A stretch of DNA of 64,000 nucleotides from NCBI RefSeq assembly GCF_006345805.1, contig NC_042998.1, forward strand, positions 10,664,001 to 10,728,000, written 5' to 3'. Under the pieces are notes generated by a model, which saw only the letters and a program-made list of their open reading frames with translations, had not been told where the DNA came from and ran no database searches. Shown piece after piece: positions 13,163 to 24,589 of the stretch; the stretch's first letter is position 1, and each line of letters begins with the position of its first letter. This DNA is from Octopus sinensis. Its lineage: Eukaryota. The position numbers were made by a program, and so were the translations under genes.

Positions 13163-13550
13163 GTGGAGGCGCAATGGCCCAGTGGTTAGGGCAGCGGACT
13201 CGCGGTCATAGGATCGCGGTTTCGATTCCCAGACCGTGCGTTGTGAGTGTTTATTGAGCGAAAACACCTAAAAGCTCCACGAGGCTCCGACAGGGGATAG
13301 TGGTGATCCCTGCTGTACTCTTTCACCACAACTTTCTCTCACTCTTACTTCCTGTTTCTGTTGTACCTGTATTTCAAAGGGCCGGCCTTGTCACTCTCTG
13401 TGTCACGCTGAATATCCCCGAGAACTACGTTAAGGGTGCACGTGTCTGTGGAGTGCTCAGCCACTTACACGTTAATTTCACGAGCAGGCTGTTCCGTTGA
13501 TTCAGATCAACCGGAACCTTCATCGTCGTAACCGACGGAGTGCTTCCATC
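13163..13550 (+). mobile_element. Full-length SINE group B (tRNA-like head B plus tail X ending in a CGTCG-TAAC-CGACG stem-loop)
   Basis: A-box TGGCCCAGTGG, B-box GGTTTCGATTCCC; perfect 14-bp TSD CACTATGTCTTTCT at 13149-13162 and 13551-13564. Confidence 0.92.
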
Positions 13551-13637
13551 CACTATGTCTTTCTCCATTTCTAAGTTAAGGGTAAAAATACGTCAATTAT
13601 GCAAAACGCTACAGATCTTTACACGTAGACGCACAGA

Positions 13638-13912
13638 ATAACAGCAACCAAATAATGAAAGTGGATTGCACATCAAACATCAGCGATCTGACTGTCGCCT
13701 ATACTCTTGACGAGAGATGTCTGTTAGTCCTTTACACCGTACCAAGCAGGTTTGTATTAGCCCGAGTTACTACTGTATAACAGCAATCAAATAATGAAAG
13801 TAGAATGCACATCAAACATCACCGACCTGACTGTCGCCTGTAATCTTGACAAGAGATGCCAGTTAGTCCTTTACACCTACCAGGCTCGTTCGTAGCAGCT
13901 CGAGTTGCTAGA
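13638..13912. repeat. Two-copy tandem duplication, period ~139 bp
   Basis: ATAACAGCAAYCAAATAATGAAAGT... starts at 13638 and 13777; the copies have diverged. Confidence 0.85.
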
Positions 13913-14293
13913 TAACTTTTCGTTATTTTAAGAATATTGTAGAACGGAAACTTCTCATAGATTGCAATTTAAATCGTAATCTGTATAGAAATTTATTATT
14001 TCAAGAAAACATTGAATCTGAATTACTTTTAATTTTCACGATTATAGATAACAATTCGGGATGTCGCTTCTGAGCCCTAGTCAGGCACGTGTGAATGGTG
14101 TCGAGGGAAAATAAATGAAATGCGACCAGGCTCAATAAAAGGGGTGCGAGTTATTGGCTGAAATTACATACTTGAAGTCAGTGTTGGCAAAAATTAAATC
14201 GGCTTGCAATAAACCTTCACTTAACTAAATTTATACTCGAGCTAAGTTCGAATAGTCCGAGTGCCGGAATCGCCACTGATATATATATATATA

Positions 14294-14666
14294 TACTCCT
14301 TACTCTCTTTTACTCTTTTACTTGTTTCAGTCATTTGACTGCGGCCATGCTGGAGCACCGCCTTTAGTCGAGAAAATCGACCCCGGGACTTATTCTTTGT
14401 AAGCCCAGTACTTATTCCATCGATCTCTTTTGCCGAACCGCTAAGTGACGGGGACGTAAACACACCAGCATCGGTTGTCAAGCAATGCTAGGGGGACAAA
14501 CACATACACACATATATATATACATATATACGACAGGCTTCTTTCAGTTTCCGTCTACCAAATCCACTCACAAGGCATTGGTCGGCCCGGGGCTATAGCG
14601 GAAGAGACTTGCCCAAGATGCCACCATGTGGTTGGTTAGCAAGCTACTTACCACACAGCCACTCCT
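14294..14666 (-). mobile_element. SINE group A copy with B-box region deleted
   Basis: Reverse complement of group A; about 22 bp missing at ~14626. Confidence 0.88.
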
Positions 14667-15929
14667 TTATATATATATAAACTTTTTAAATTTGCTGCTG
14701 TTGCTTGTAGCAATAAGCAGGCATTGGCGTAATGGGCACACAACACTAATGTTTAGTTCCAGATGATTTCTGTTGACACAGCCGGATTGAATGGCATTGT
14801 CTAGGTGTCGAAACCATAGTGATATCTGTTTGGCAGCTGACGATACGAATGTATATTTGATATTCATTGTTTGTGTTTTTTTATGTCTTGATGTTTCTTT
14901 CTCTTAAAGTGGGAAGTATTTGTTGATTCATGTTCTGTGGAGATTACTTACATTGATATTGGTTGCTTCACTTCATAGATAATCTTCTTAGGCTGGGATA
15001 ACGCTTAGATAATGATGTCTAGTTTTGGGATGTAAATTTTAGTTTTGTTTTGATAATATCATAGATATGATATTATCTTTTATTCTTTCTGAGTAATGAT
15101 ATAAAATAACCATGAAAAAGTATCTCATCGACATTATTGCAATCCATATCTTCGAAAGTAGATTAAAAGAAACGACTTTGCATTAGTAAAACCTAAATAT
15201 CTTAAATGTGTCTTCCTTCCCAAATACACTATTTCACATCAATGGATGTGAAGCCTCGAATTTGCCTTTTAGCTCAAGCACACGATGCATATAGAAGTTG
15301 GAGGTGTCCAATGAAAGAACAACTGCTACAAAAGCAAGAAATTTTCAAATATGAAGGACTACGTTAATTTTATCATGCTAAGGGAAGTAATTATTAGCGA
15401 AAAAGATATTACTCAATAATTGCGTATTACAATTCTAATTTACAGTCAGCTTCTATTTCATGCGTACATACCACATACATATATTATGTATAGATGTATA
15501 TATATATATATATACGCTTGTATATGCATATATGAACTTATACATGCATACACACACACAAACTCACAGAGATTACGTAAAATTTGCAAGATGACTTACA
15601 TCTTGAATAAATGTGCCCTTCGAAGTGAGAACTAACTACGAATGTTGTATGTGAATGGGAACCGGAAGTAAGGATGGAATGAACGAATTCAAAGATAGAA
15701 ACTGGAAGTAGATGTCACACTGAATTAAAATTTAGTTTGCGAACTGATTTTTAGTTGTAAAAAAGAAAAACAAAATGAAAAAGTGGTACATTTTTATGAA
15801 ATATATTAACAGTGGAATGTTTTAGTGGAGATTTAATGGAATTACTTTCGTAAAAGTTACCTAGTAATGTAAATCAGTTAACTCTCTTCATTATTCCTGG
15901 ATCATTATGAGATATGACATGCCAGTGAG

Positions 15930-16020
15930 TTTGCATCATTCGAAAGCTAAAACAATACGAAGAAGTACATTGTGACCAGCGGTGTATAAGAACATTCCAT
16001 GGTCTAGTCGATACAGTAAT
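15930..16020 (+). mobile_element. Diverged fragment of SINE tail F
   Basis: CATTCGAAAGCTAAAACAATACGAAG...CATTGTGACCAGCG matches the tail of the SINE at 55591-55883. Confidence 0.55.
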
Positions 16021-16330
16021 ACAGATATATAATGAAAGCCAAAACTCAGAACATCCCATTAATATAAAGAGATGTGGTATTTTATAAATTCCAATTTTCA
16101 TATAATTTAATAAAAATGTTCATTTCTTGTTGATTTTGATTACCTTCATTGCATATATCTCCCAGTTTATTCTCAAAAGATTTCATTCACTACAACATCC
16201 TTTCCGACATCTTCCCTTCATCTTTAGACTTAAATATACATCTTTCATTATTTAGTAAGTTTCGAGATTTCTTTAAAAGTTTGTGAGTGAAACATTAGGC
16301 AACATCAATACACGCACGCACGCACACACA

Positions 16331-17330
16331 CTTCGAACTAAATGGTAATCTGACGGTGCAAGGTCAGGGCTATATGGTAGATGTGACATCACTTCTCAAA
16401 CAAGTTCCAATAATTTTTCTGAATCAGCAAAGTCGTGTGTGGTCTAGTGTGGTCATGGTGGAACTCTATTTCTTTACGATTTGCCAATTCTGGCCGTTTT
16501 GCTTTGATTGCTTCCACCAGTTTCATTAGTTGTTGACTGTAAACATCTGAATTGATCGTTTGGTTCCCTGGAAGCAGCTCAAAATACACAACACTTGACA
16601 GCATAACCTTTTTTTGATGCAATCCAGCTTTCGATGTGGTTTGTGCTGGTTCATTACGCTTGGACCATGATCGTCTTCGAGTGATGTTATTATAGAAAAT
16701 CCATTTTTCATCACCAGTGATGATTCGTTTAAAACAAAGGTCGGTTTCATTGCGTTTGAGATGCATATCGCAAATATTGATTCATCGTGTTAAGTGAAAC
16801 TCTTTCAATTCATGTGGAACCCAAGTATCGAGCTTCTTAACGAGTCCAAGACATTTTAAGTGATTTTCAATTGTTGTGTGTGATACATTTAATCTCTCTA
16901 CAATCTCGCTCACAGTTATATGACAATCAGATTCAATTATGGCTTTGATTCGGCCATCATCAACTTCAATAGGTCGACCAGAACATTGGTAATCTTTGAG
17001 TGAAAAATCTTCAGAACGGAATTTTAAAAACCATTTCTGACATGTGCGTTCTGTTAGGCAATCACCATCATAAACTTCACATATCAGCTTTCTTGCCTTT
17101 ATAGAAATAAAAAGAGCGAAATATGGCGAAAATGTTTGTTTTTGCACTCCATGTTAAAATTGACGCTGAACTAAAAGTCGTAAACAAAATTACTCACTAT
17201 TTGCTTCTAAAGTAAGCTGAAAGTAATGGCTATCAAATGTCAAATGGAAAAAATCGTAACATTGACAAAAGTCATTCAAAAAATTGTAACTCTATTTGTG
17301 AAAATCGAAATTACTTTCTTGCCAACCCAA
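16331..17330 (-). mobile_element. Mariner (Tc1/mariner) transposon, 3'-truncated pseudogene
   Basis: WVPHEL, ITGDEKW, HHDHTRPH and YSPDLAPSDY motifs. The 5' TIR TTGGGTTGGCAAGAAAGTAATT ends at 17330 next to TA. Confidence 0.95.
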
Positions 17331-17344
17331 TATATATATATATA

Positions 17345-17593
17345 TATATATATAAACCGGAGTAAACACATAAATGTGAAACAAGGTGGAAAAAAAGAGT
17401 ACTCAAATACCAGTGGTAGAGTAATATGCTTTATTTAAAGCAGCAGAAAATTCTACACAACCTGTTACTCTGAGTTCACGTTGCCGTTCATCGGACAGTT
17501 TTTGGTAGTTTCTAGCAAAAACTCCCTGAACCCGAACGGCAACGTAAAACTCAGAGTAACAGGTTGTGTAGAATTTTCTGCTGCTTTAAATAA
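17345..17593 (-). mobile_element. PLE-type short element (family H2) with a 60-bp inverted repeat and a hammerhead-like fold
   Basis: Arms 17431-17489 and 17534-17593 are near-perfect; homologous to 40688-40840. Confidence 0.7.
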
Positions 17594-17662
<69 letters not shown>

Positions 17663-17685
17663 TATAATATATATAAATATATAAT

Positions 17686-17730
<45 letters not shown>

Positions 17731-17731
17731 C

Positions 17732-17765
<34 letters not shown>

Positions 17766-18334
17766 TGATTAGTATTATTTTGGTAGTAATGACTTTGTCC
17801 CTCTTAGTGTGAGGCATTTATGTGTAATAATGCCCTCTATACAATATAGATATAATTAATTTGTTCAAAAAAAAAAAATTATTTTCGAATTCTTTTCTTT
17901 TATGAGGTTTTCACGCTAGCTGCCCGATAATTTCTTGTTAAGATCCCTTATTAAGAGATTATCCTTAATTGTTAAACTTATTCGAAAATACTTTTCATTA
18001 CCCGACATGCAGTTCGTAAAAAGCCGCCATTTACCGGATATATGATTTATAAACATTCCAGTGCTTGGGCGGAGTGAGCAGTTGTCTGTTCGTCTTCGCT
18101 ACGTAAGGTTGGTAGTTTATTTATGATGTGTTCAGAATCAGTTCTGCTGAGGATCATTAGACGTAAGTTGAATGTGAAATCACGGTGATACAAACTAAAT
18201 TCATTTTTTAAATGTCTTGCTTTGAAAACTGCATTTGGGTATGATTAGTGTAATTTGGTAGTAATGACTTTGTCCCTCTTAGTGTGAGGCATTTATGTGT
18301 AATAATGCCCTCTAACAATATAATATAAATATAT

Positions 18335-18366
<32 letters not shown>

Positions 18367-18425
18367 GAAAATATATATATATATATATATATAAATATAT
18401 ATATATAATATATATATTATATATA

Positions 18426-18456
<31 letters not shown>

Positions 18457-18740
18457 AATAATATATATAATATAAAAATATAATATATATATAATATATT
18501 TATAAATATATATATATATATATCTATATATATAAATATATTATATATATATATATATATATAATAAATATATATATTATATATATAATATATATATATA
18601 ATATATATATATATATAATATAAATAATACATATATATATATAGATAAATATATATATATATATATATATATAATAAATATAATAATATTATATATATAT
18701 AAATTAATATATATATATAATATATATATATATTCTATAT

Positions 18741-18784
<44 letters not shown>

Positions 18785-18825
18785 TATATATATATATTAT
18801 ATATAAATATATATATATATATATA

Positions 18826-18870
<45 letters not shown>
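17594..18870. repeat. (TA)n-rich arrays (17594-17765, 18320-18870) enclosing a unit with perfect 61-bp direct repeats (17779-17839, 18254-18314)
   Basis: Directly visible. Confidence 0.9.
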
Positions 18871-18871
<1 letters not shown>

Positions 18872-18873
<2 letters not shown>

Positions 18874-19277
18874 AGTGGCTGTATGGTAAGTAGCTTGTTT
18901 ACAAACAACATGTTTCGGGTTCAGTCCCACTGCGTGGCATCTTGGGAAAGTGTCTTCTACTATAGCCCCGGGCCGACCAAAGACTTGTGAGTGGGTTTGG
19001 TAGACCGAAGCTGAAAGAAGCCCGTCGTATATATGTTTATATACATGTATGTATGTGCGTATATTTTTGTCTGTCTGTGTTTTTCCCCTAGCAGTGCTTG
19101 ACAACTAATACTGGTGTGTTTACATCCACGTAACTTAGCAGTTCGGCAAAGAGACTGACAGAATAAGTACTAGGCTTACAAAGAATAAGTCCTGGGCTCG
19201 ATTTGCTCGACTAAAGGCGGAGCTCCAGCATGGCCACAGTCAAATGACTGAAACAAGTAAAAGAGTAAAAGAGTAAA
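18872..19277 (+). mobile_element. SINE group A copy (more diverged)
   Basis: Matches the group A head, body and tail. Confidence 0.88.
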
Positions 19278-22200
19278 GAAAGTATGTATATATTTATGCA
19301 TGCATGTATGTATGTATGTATGTATGTATGTATGTATGTATGTGTGTATGTATGTATGTATGTATGTATATGTATGTGTGTATGTATGGATATAACTTTA
19401 TATGCCTATATGTATATGCGTGTGTGTGTGTGTGTGTCAAATTGTCACTATTAAAAGACATGTGTGAGCACCATATTTCTAATGAGACAGTGGTGACCTC
19501 ATTTAGGTATGGAAACAAACATTTCCTGCTAAACACATTCGTACACTCGTTTACACATGCGCATACAAATGTATATATAAACACACTCCTACACACAAAC
19601 TATTTATGAGCATATCAAATAATTAAATGCATGCTAAATATAAATATTTAAACAATTATATCTATTTATTCATACATGTAATCAAAATATATATGCACTC
19701 ACACACACGTGTATATACAAACATTATATATATATATACTCTTCTATTTATTCTGAAGTTGTTTGGTTCTCGATTCAATGACTGTTACCTTATTCCTTTT
19801 CTGGCATAGGCCAGTGCTTTATGCACTTTACCTAAACTGACTGAATTTTCATATAATTGGTAACTTTTCCTCTCACATAAGCATATTAAATGGCATTTTC
19901 CTAAACGGTTTCCAAGACTGTTTCTTTTTCATTCATTGGACTACAACCTCATTCACAGTTTGCACTAAATGCAAGGAAGGTTCCTCAAATATCTATCAAC
20001 TTTGCACAAAACACTTCCTTCTGAAGAGTAAATACTACCAGTTATGAAAAAGTTTTTAATAATTTTGGATTTAATTTTCTCTTGCACAAAAAATAAAAAA
20101 ATCTTTTAACTAATTATTTCTCTAATATCAGCCAGAAATCAGGATATTTAATCTATTCACCTTGTCTTCCTTTTGCTTACCTTTTAAAGCAAGCAGAGAT
20201 GGATCATTCCAATGGTTCCCTTTTCCTTTATCACGATTTTCTACTCACTATCTTTGCCTTTATCCTAATATTTCTACTATTCCAAAAGCTCTTTTAGCAG
20301 ACTTCAGTAATCTTTTTTCTCATCAGTATCTGTTTTTCTCGTGTTACTCCCGAACAGTAGGTCACAGTGGGTCTCTTTCTTTTCTGATTGTTCTTTCTTT
20401 TCGAAATAAATAGGATGGGATATATTTCCAAAAACGCTTGAATTATAAAGTGTTCAGAGTTTATCAGACTACCAGGACATTGTAATCTGAAGAAAGTGAA
20501 ATTAATAATATGCTTAGCAATTATTTCTCTCGACTGAACAAGTAGTGGCGATGACAGTTCACAAAGCGCCGTACAAACGATGTCAAAGTTTCGTGTGAAA
20601 TTATGAAGTTACATAGTTACACCAAAAGGTCACTGAGGAATTGTCAACTTCCCAATTTTCTTTCATTTTGCATGTATTAAAAAATTTATTTCATCTTGGA
20701 AAACTTATGCGCGCATATTTTCCACCTTTCTGCGTCAGTTGTGTGCGCGCGCACAAGCGTACAGCTAACAAGGAACATTGCTGGATACCTGCTTCGAAAT
20801 CTTTGATCGAATTCCGTTGAATGCATTCAATGGTCATATTTATCGCAGGACGTATTAACCTAAGATTTAGTACCTTAAGAAAAAATTGAAAACAATATCT
20901 GTATCTAAAATACCAGGAAGTTTATTAAAGAAGACTTCATTACCTTATTAATCAAATTTATGACTGTTTAGATGCATAGTAATATTATATTTTTTCTCAG
21001 TTTATGTAAAATCTCAGAATTCTCCTCACTAAGTATTATACAAAAGTTAAATTATGAAAATGTGTTAACTATTTATGAAGGTTATCTTTTGATAAAGATA
21101 AATGTGATAAAACAGCGAATAATTCTTAGACAGGCACAAATGTATTTGAATAATAAAATCCTTATGCGATGCAAGGGGTAATAATGTAAATAATCAGTTT
21201 GTAACATATTGTTAAATTGGTTCTTAAATATGTTACAATGGAAATTTTGTTGTCATTTCCTGCGGTTTTATTGCTTGCCATGGTAATTTAAAAAAGCAAA
21301 GTTCAAAATAGGAAGTTTTCTAACGTGACGTTATAGTTTTCAGTCAGTATAATAAACATTGAAGTTAAAATAGTTTTTGAAAAATCACCATCCTACACAT
21401 ACATGAAAGTAAATAAAAGGAATAAGCGAACTGCGTGTAATTTTGTCGTGATTTAAATACTATATTTATTATATTATTACTGAATGATACACGATTTCTG
21501 CTATCTTTCTTTTCATTTTGTGACTTCAGTGTCTATGGTCAAAATAAATTAAAAATACTACTACATTAGTTGTTTATAATGGAAATGTAATAAAAAATAC
21601 ACCCACCTATAAATTCAACTCAAAATATGTTAGTGAAACAGTATGTAAGTCAAAGAAACGTATAGAATATGAAACCGTTAAATCATTATTATGACAATTA
21701 TGATGGGCTGCATGTTGATATCCTATTATAATTTTACGACTATTGAATGTTTTGTATATTCCCTCTTGATTACAAAAACAAGTGTATGAAAAAAAAAAGA
21801 CGTGGTAATTTAGCATTTGTCTTTCTTGGGGGTCCAATAATCTTTTTTTTTTTTTTATCGTACTCATTGATCTGAGGAGTTGAGATCGAACCGAGGAAAT
21901 AGTGAGTTTAGTGCGGTTAAAATTTCATCTGAATTGTTGATTGCCATTTAATTTAAAAGAAAATATAGTTCGGGAATATATCTTGTAGGGATTTTAGTAA
22001 ATGATTTACAGTGACATATTGATGACAGATGACTGCATTGAGCAGGGTTTATATTGGAAAAGCATAACCTTAACGAATTCAAAAGACAGGAAGCTATAGA
22101 CGTAGCAGAAACTAGACACAAAATGTAGACGGTCTAATTGATCGAAATGTTTGATACAGTATTGGATGTGTGTAATGTATGTATATTTATGAGAGAGTGT

Positions 22201-22359
22201 GTGTGTGTGTATGTGTGTGCGTGCGTGTTTGTAGTGAGTTTTACTCTTCAGATGTTGGATCACTGCTTGATCACAGGTCATATTTGAGTCTATTAAGGTA
22301 TTTGTCAGCAGATCAAGTACAAAAATTATACAATTACACTCCTGAAGAGTTTGTGATAT

Positions 22360-22555
22360 GTGAAGTAAAGTGCGAGTAAATGGGGATCGGATAATAAGCG
22401 GAAGCCAGTGTCAACAGTGGTTCCAGAATTTCCGAGTCGGAAACTATAACATAGAAGACGAGCCTCGTCCTGCAAGATCTGTACAGCTTGACGAGGACGT
22501 CTTGTTCCCTGGTGAAACAAAATCCCATCGTAACTGTTGCGGAACTGGGAGAGAA

Positions 22556-22557
<2 letters not shown>
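22360..22557 (+). mobile_element. Mariner transposase N-terminal (HTH) fragment
   Basis: [40 protein letters not shown]...[10 protein letters not shown]; cut by a (CA)n array. Confidence 0.8.
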
Positions 22558-22634
<77 letters not shown>

Positions 22635-22686
22635 GCACGCACGCACGCACGCACACACGCACGCACGCACACACACACACACACAC

Positions 22687-22717
<31 letters not shown>

Positions 22718-23295
22718 AGTGCATGGCCTTCTACTGCAGGTACACGAAGGCCCTCACGCGTGTTCAGCTTTGTCATCTGTGCTCCGTCTTAGATATCTGA
22801 TGGCAGGATCGCACTCCTTTTGTAGAGGTTCTGCGTAGCATTGACGGAATTAGTGTGAAGACCCCCATCGCAGCTGTGCTGTGCGGAACATGATTAATGG
22901 ATGGAGGGTGGCAGGCACTAAAAGGAGGTTTTCTATGCTGAATTGCATCGGAGCAAGTGGATTCATGGTGGCCAGATGTTGCGATATGGGGATATGCTGA
23001 AAAGAGATATGAAGAACTCCGGCATCTCTCCAGACACCTGGCAAGAGAAGAACCTGCAGGTCGATGAATGGCACCGGTCTGATTCGAGACATTGTGGAGA
23101 AACAACAGAGAGAATACGAAGTACATGAGAGGCGTCATATCTCGGTTCTCCTTTGCGTCAAGTTAGTTTCACTTTCACTACGTCATCGCTGCTGCAGATT
23201 AAGGCAAGCCTTGAAGCCCACAAGTAAGCCTGCCAGAGATGATTACTCAACAAGAACAGTCGACGTCAATTTACGATGGACAACCGAAGAAGAGG
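22718..23295 (+). mobile_element. RTE-clade LINE 3' fragment
   Basis: LTRVQLCHLCSVLDI.WQDR, GGQMLRYGDMLKRDMKNSGISPDTWQE; 3' end ACGATGGACAACCGAAGAAGAG. Confidence 0.8.
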
Positions 23296-23334
23296 AACAC
23301 ACAGACACACAGACACACAGCTTTTCAATAGGAG

Positions 23335-23582
23335 CAGGCTACCCTCTCTCGTATGTCTGTCTGTCTGTCTGTATGCATGTGACCTCGTGTGTACCGTTGG
23401 CGATTTTTTTCCCTCTGTCTTCCCTTCTCTGGATCTTTCCTTCTCCTATATTTCCGACGAAGAGCTCTGCTCGAAACGTTAAACCCTCCTTCTTTCCTTC
23501 TTTCCTGAGTGTCCAATAATACTATATTTGTTCCACATCCTCGCGTTGTTGTGTTTTTTTGTGCTTTCTGGTTTGGATTAAC
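23335..23582 (+). mobile_element. PLE-type pseudo-LTR fragment (family H3) with a hammerhead-like fold at 23451-23483
   Basis: TTT-CCGACGA-A-GAGC-TCT-GCTC-GAA-ACGT-T-AAA; ends in (TA)n. Confidence 0.55.
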
Positions 23583-24009
23583 TTTATATATATATATATA
23601 TATATATACATATGAGAGGGAGACCCCTATGTAGACACCCTTATGCTAGAAATAGATCCGCTATGGTCATATCACTAAGAAATGTTCTCAAGAAAAATTC
23701 AGCAAAACAACCAAAACGTAATCGAGCAAGGTAAAAGAAAAGCAATAAAAATATGGATTATTCACATCCATGTTTCACTATCACCATATTACATAATTTT
23801 ACTTACGTAAGATGTCCGTAGATCTTCGGTGTGACCGTCCAAATGAATATAATTTGCAGAGCTGCATACTAGGACGTCCGCACAAAGTCATGCTTGTAAA
23901 CAGTTCTACCCATTATACTCGTGGTTACTATTCAAATGTCCTCCCTTTGGCGCGCTAAATTACCGGAAAAAATGATACTGCAGAAAATAATTTACTGCAG
24001 TGACCACGA

Positions 24010-24187
24010 GTCGCCCCACCATCGCTTGAAATCGATGTTGGTGTGTTTACGTCCCCGTAACTTAGCGGTTCGGCAAAAAGGAATCGATAGAATAAGTACT
24101 TACAAAGAATAAGCCCTGGGTTCGATTTGTTCGACTAAAAGTGGTGCTCCAGCATGGTCGCAGCCAAATGAGTGAAACGAATGCAAG

Positions 24188-24190
<3 letters not shown>
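24010..24190 (+). mobile_element. SINE group A 3' half only
   Basis: GGTGTGTTTACGTCCCCGTAACTTAGCGGTTCGGCAAAA... Confidence 0.8.
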
Positions 24191-24219
<29 letters not shown>

Positions 24220-24249
24220 ACACACATACGCACACACACACACACACAT

Positions 24250-24572
24250 ACTAGCTCTCTGACGGTTACGACGACGTGGATACCAGTTGATTCGATCAAC
24301 GGAACAATATTCTGGTGAAATTAACGTAAAAGTGGCTGAGTACTCCACAGACATGTGTAACGTTAACGTAGTTCTTAGGGAAATTCTGCGTGATACAGAA
24401 TGTGACAAAGATGTTTTTTTAAATTACAGGGACTACTCATTTTTACCAGTAGAGTGGACTGGAGCAACGTAGAATAAAGTGTCTAGCTCAAGGACACAAC
24501 GCGTGGCCAGGAATCGAACTCATAGCCTAACAATCACGAGCCGAATAGCCTAACCACTAAACCACGCACCTT
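24250..24572 (-). mobile_element. SINE with head D joined to tail X
   Basis: The head matches 58441-58530 (TTGCTCCAGTCCACTC...AAAAATGAGTA); the tail matches 13380-13545. Confidence 0.8.
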
Positions 24573-24589
24573 CACTTATACAAATACCA

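Noticed and set aside
13163-13240. tRNA-like sequences with A and B boxes
   Set aside because: They continue into SINE bodies with TSDs and do not form complete cloverleaves, so they are not called tRNA genes.
21001-21079. Possible plus-strand exon after TTTTTTCTCAG
   Set aside because: Weak donor (GTTATC) and an unrecognisable peptide.
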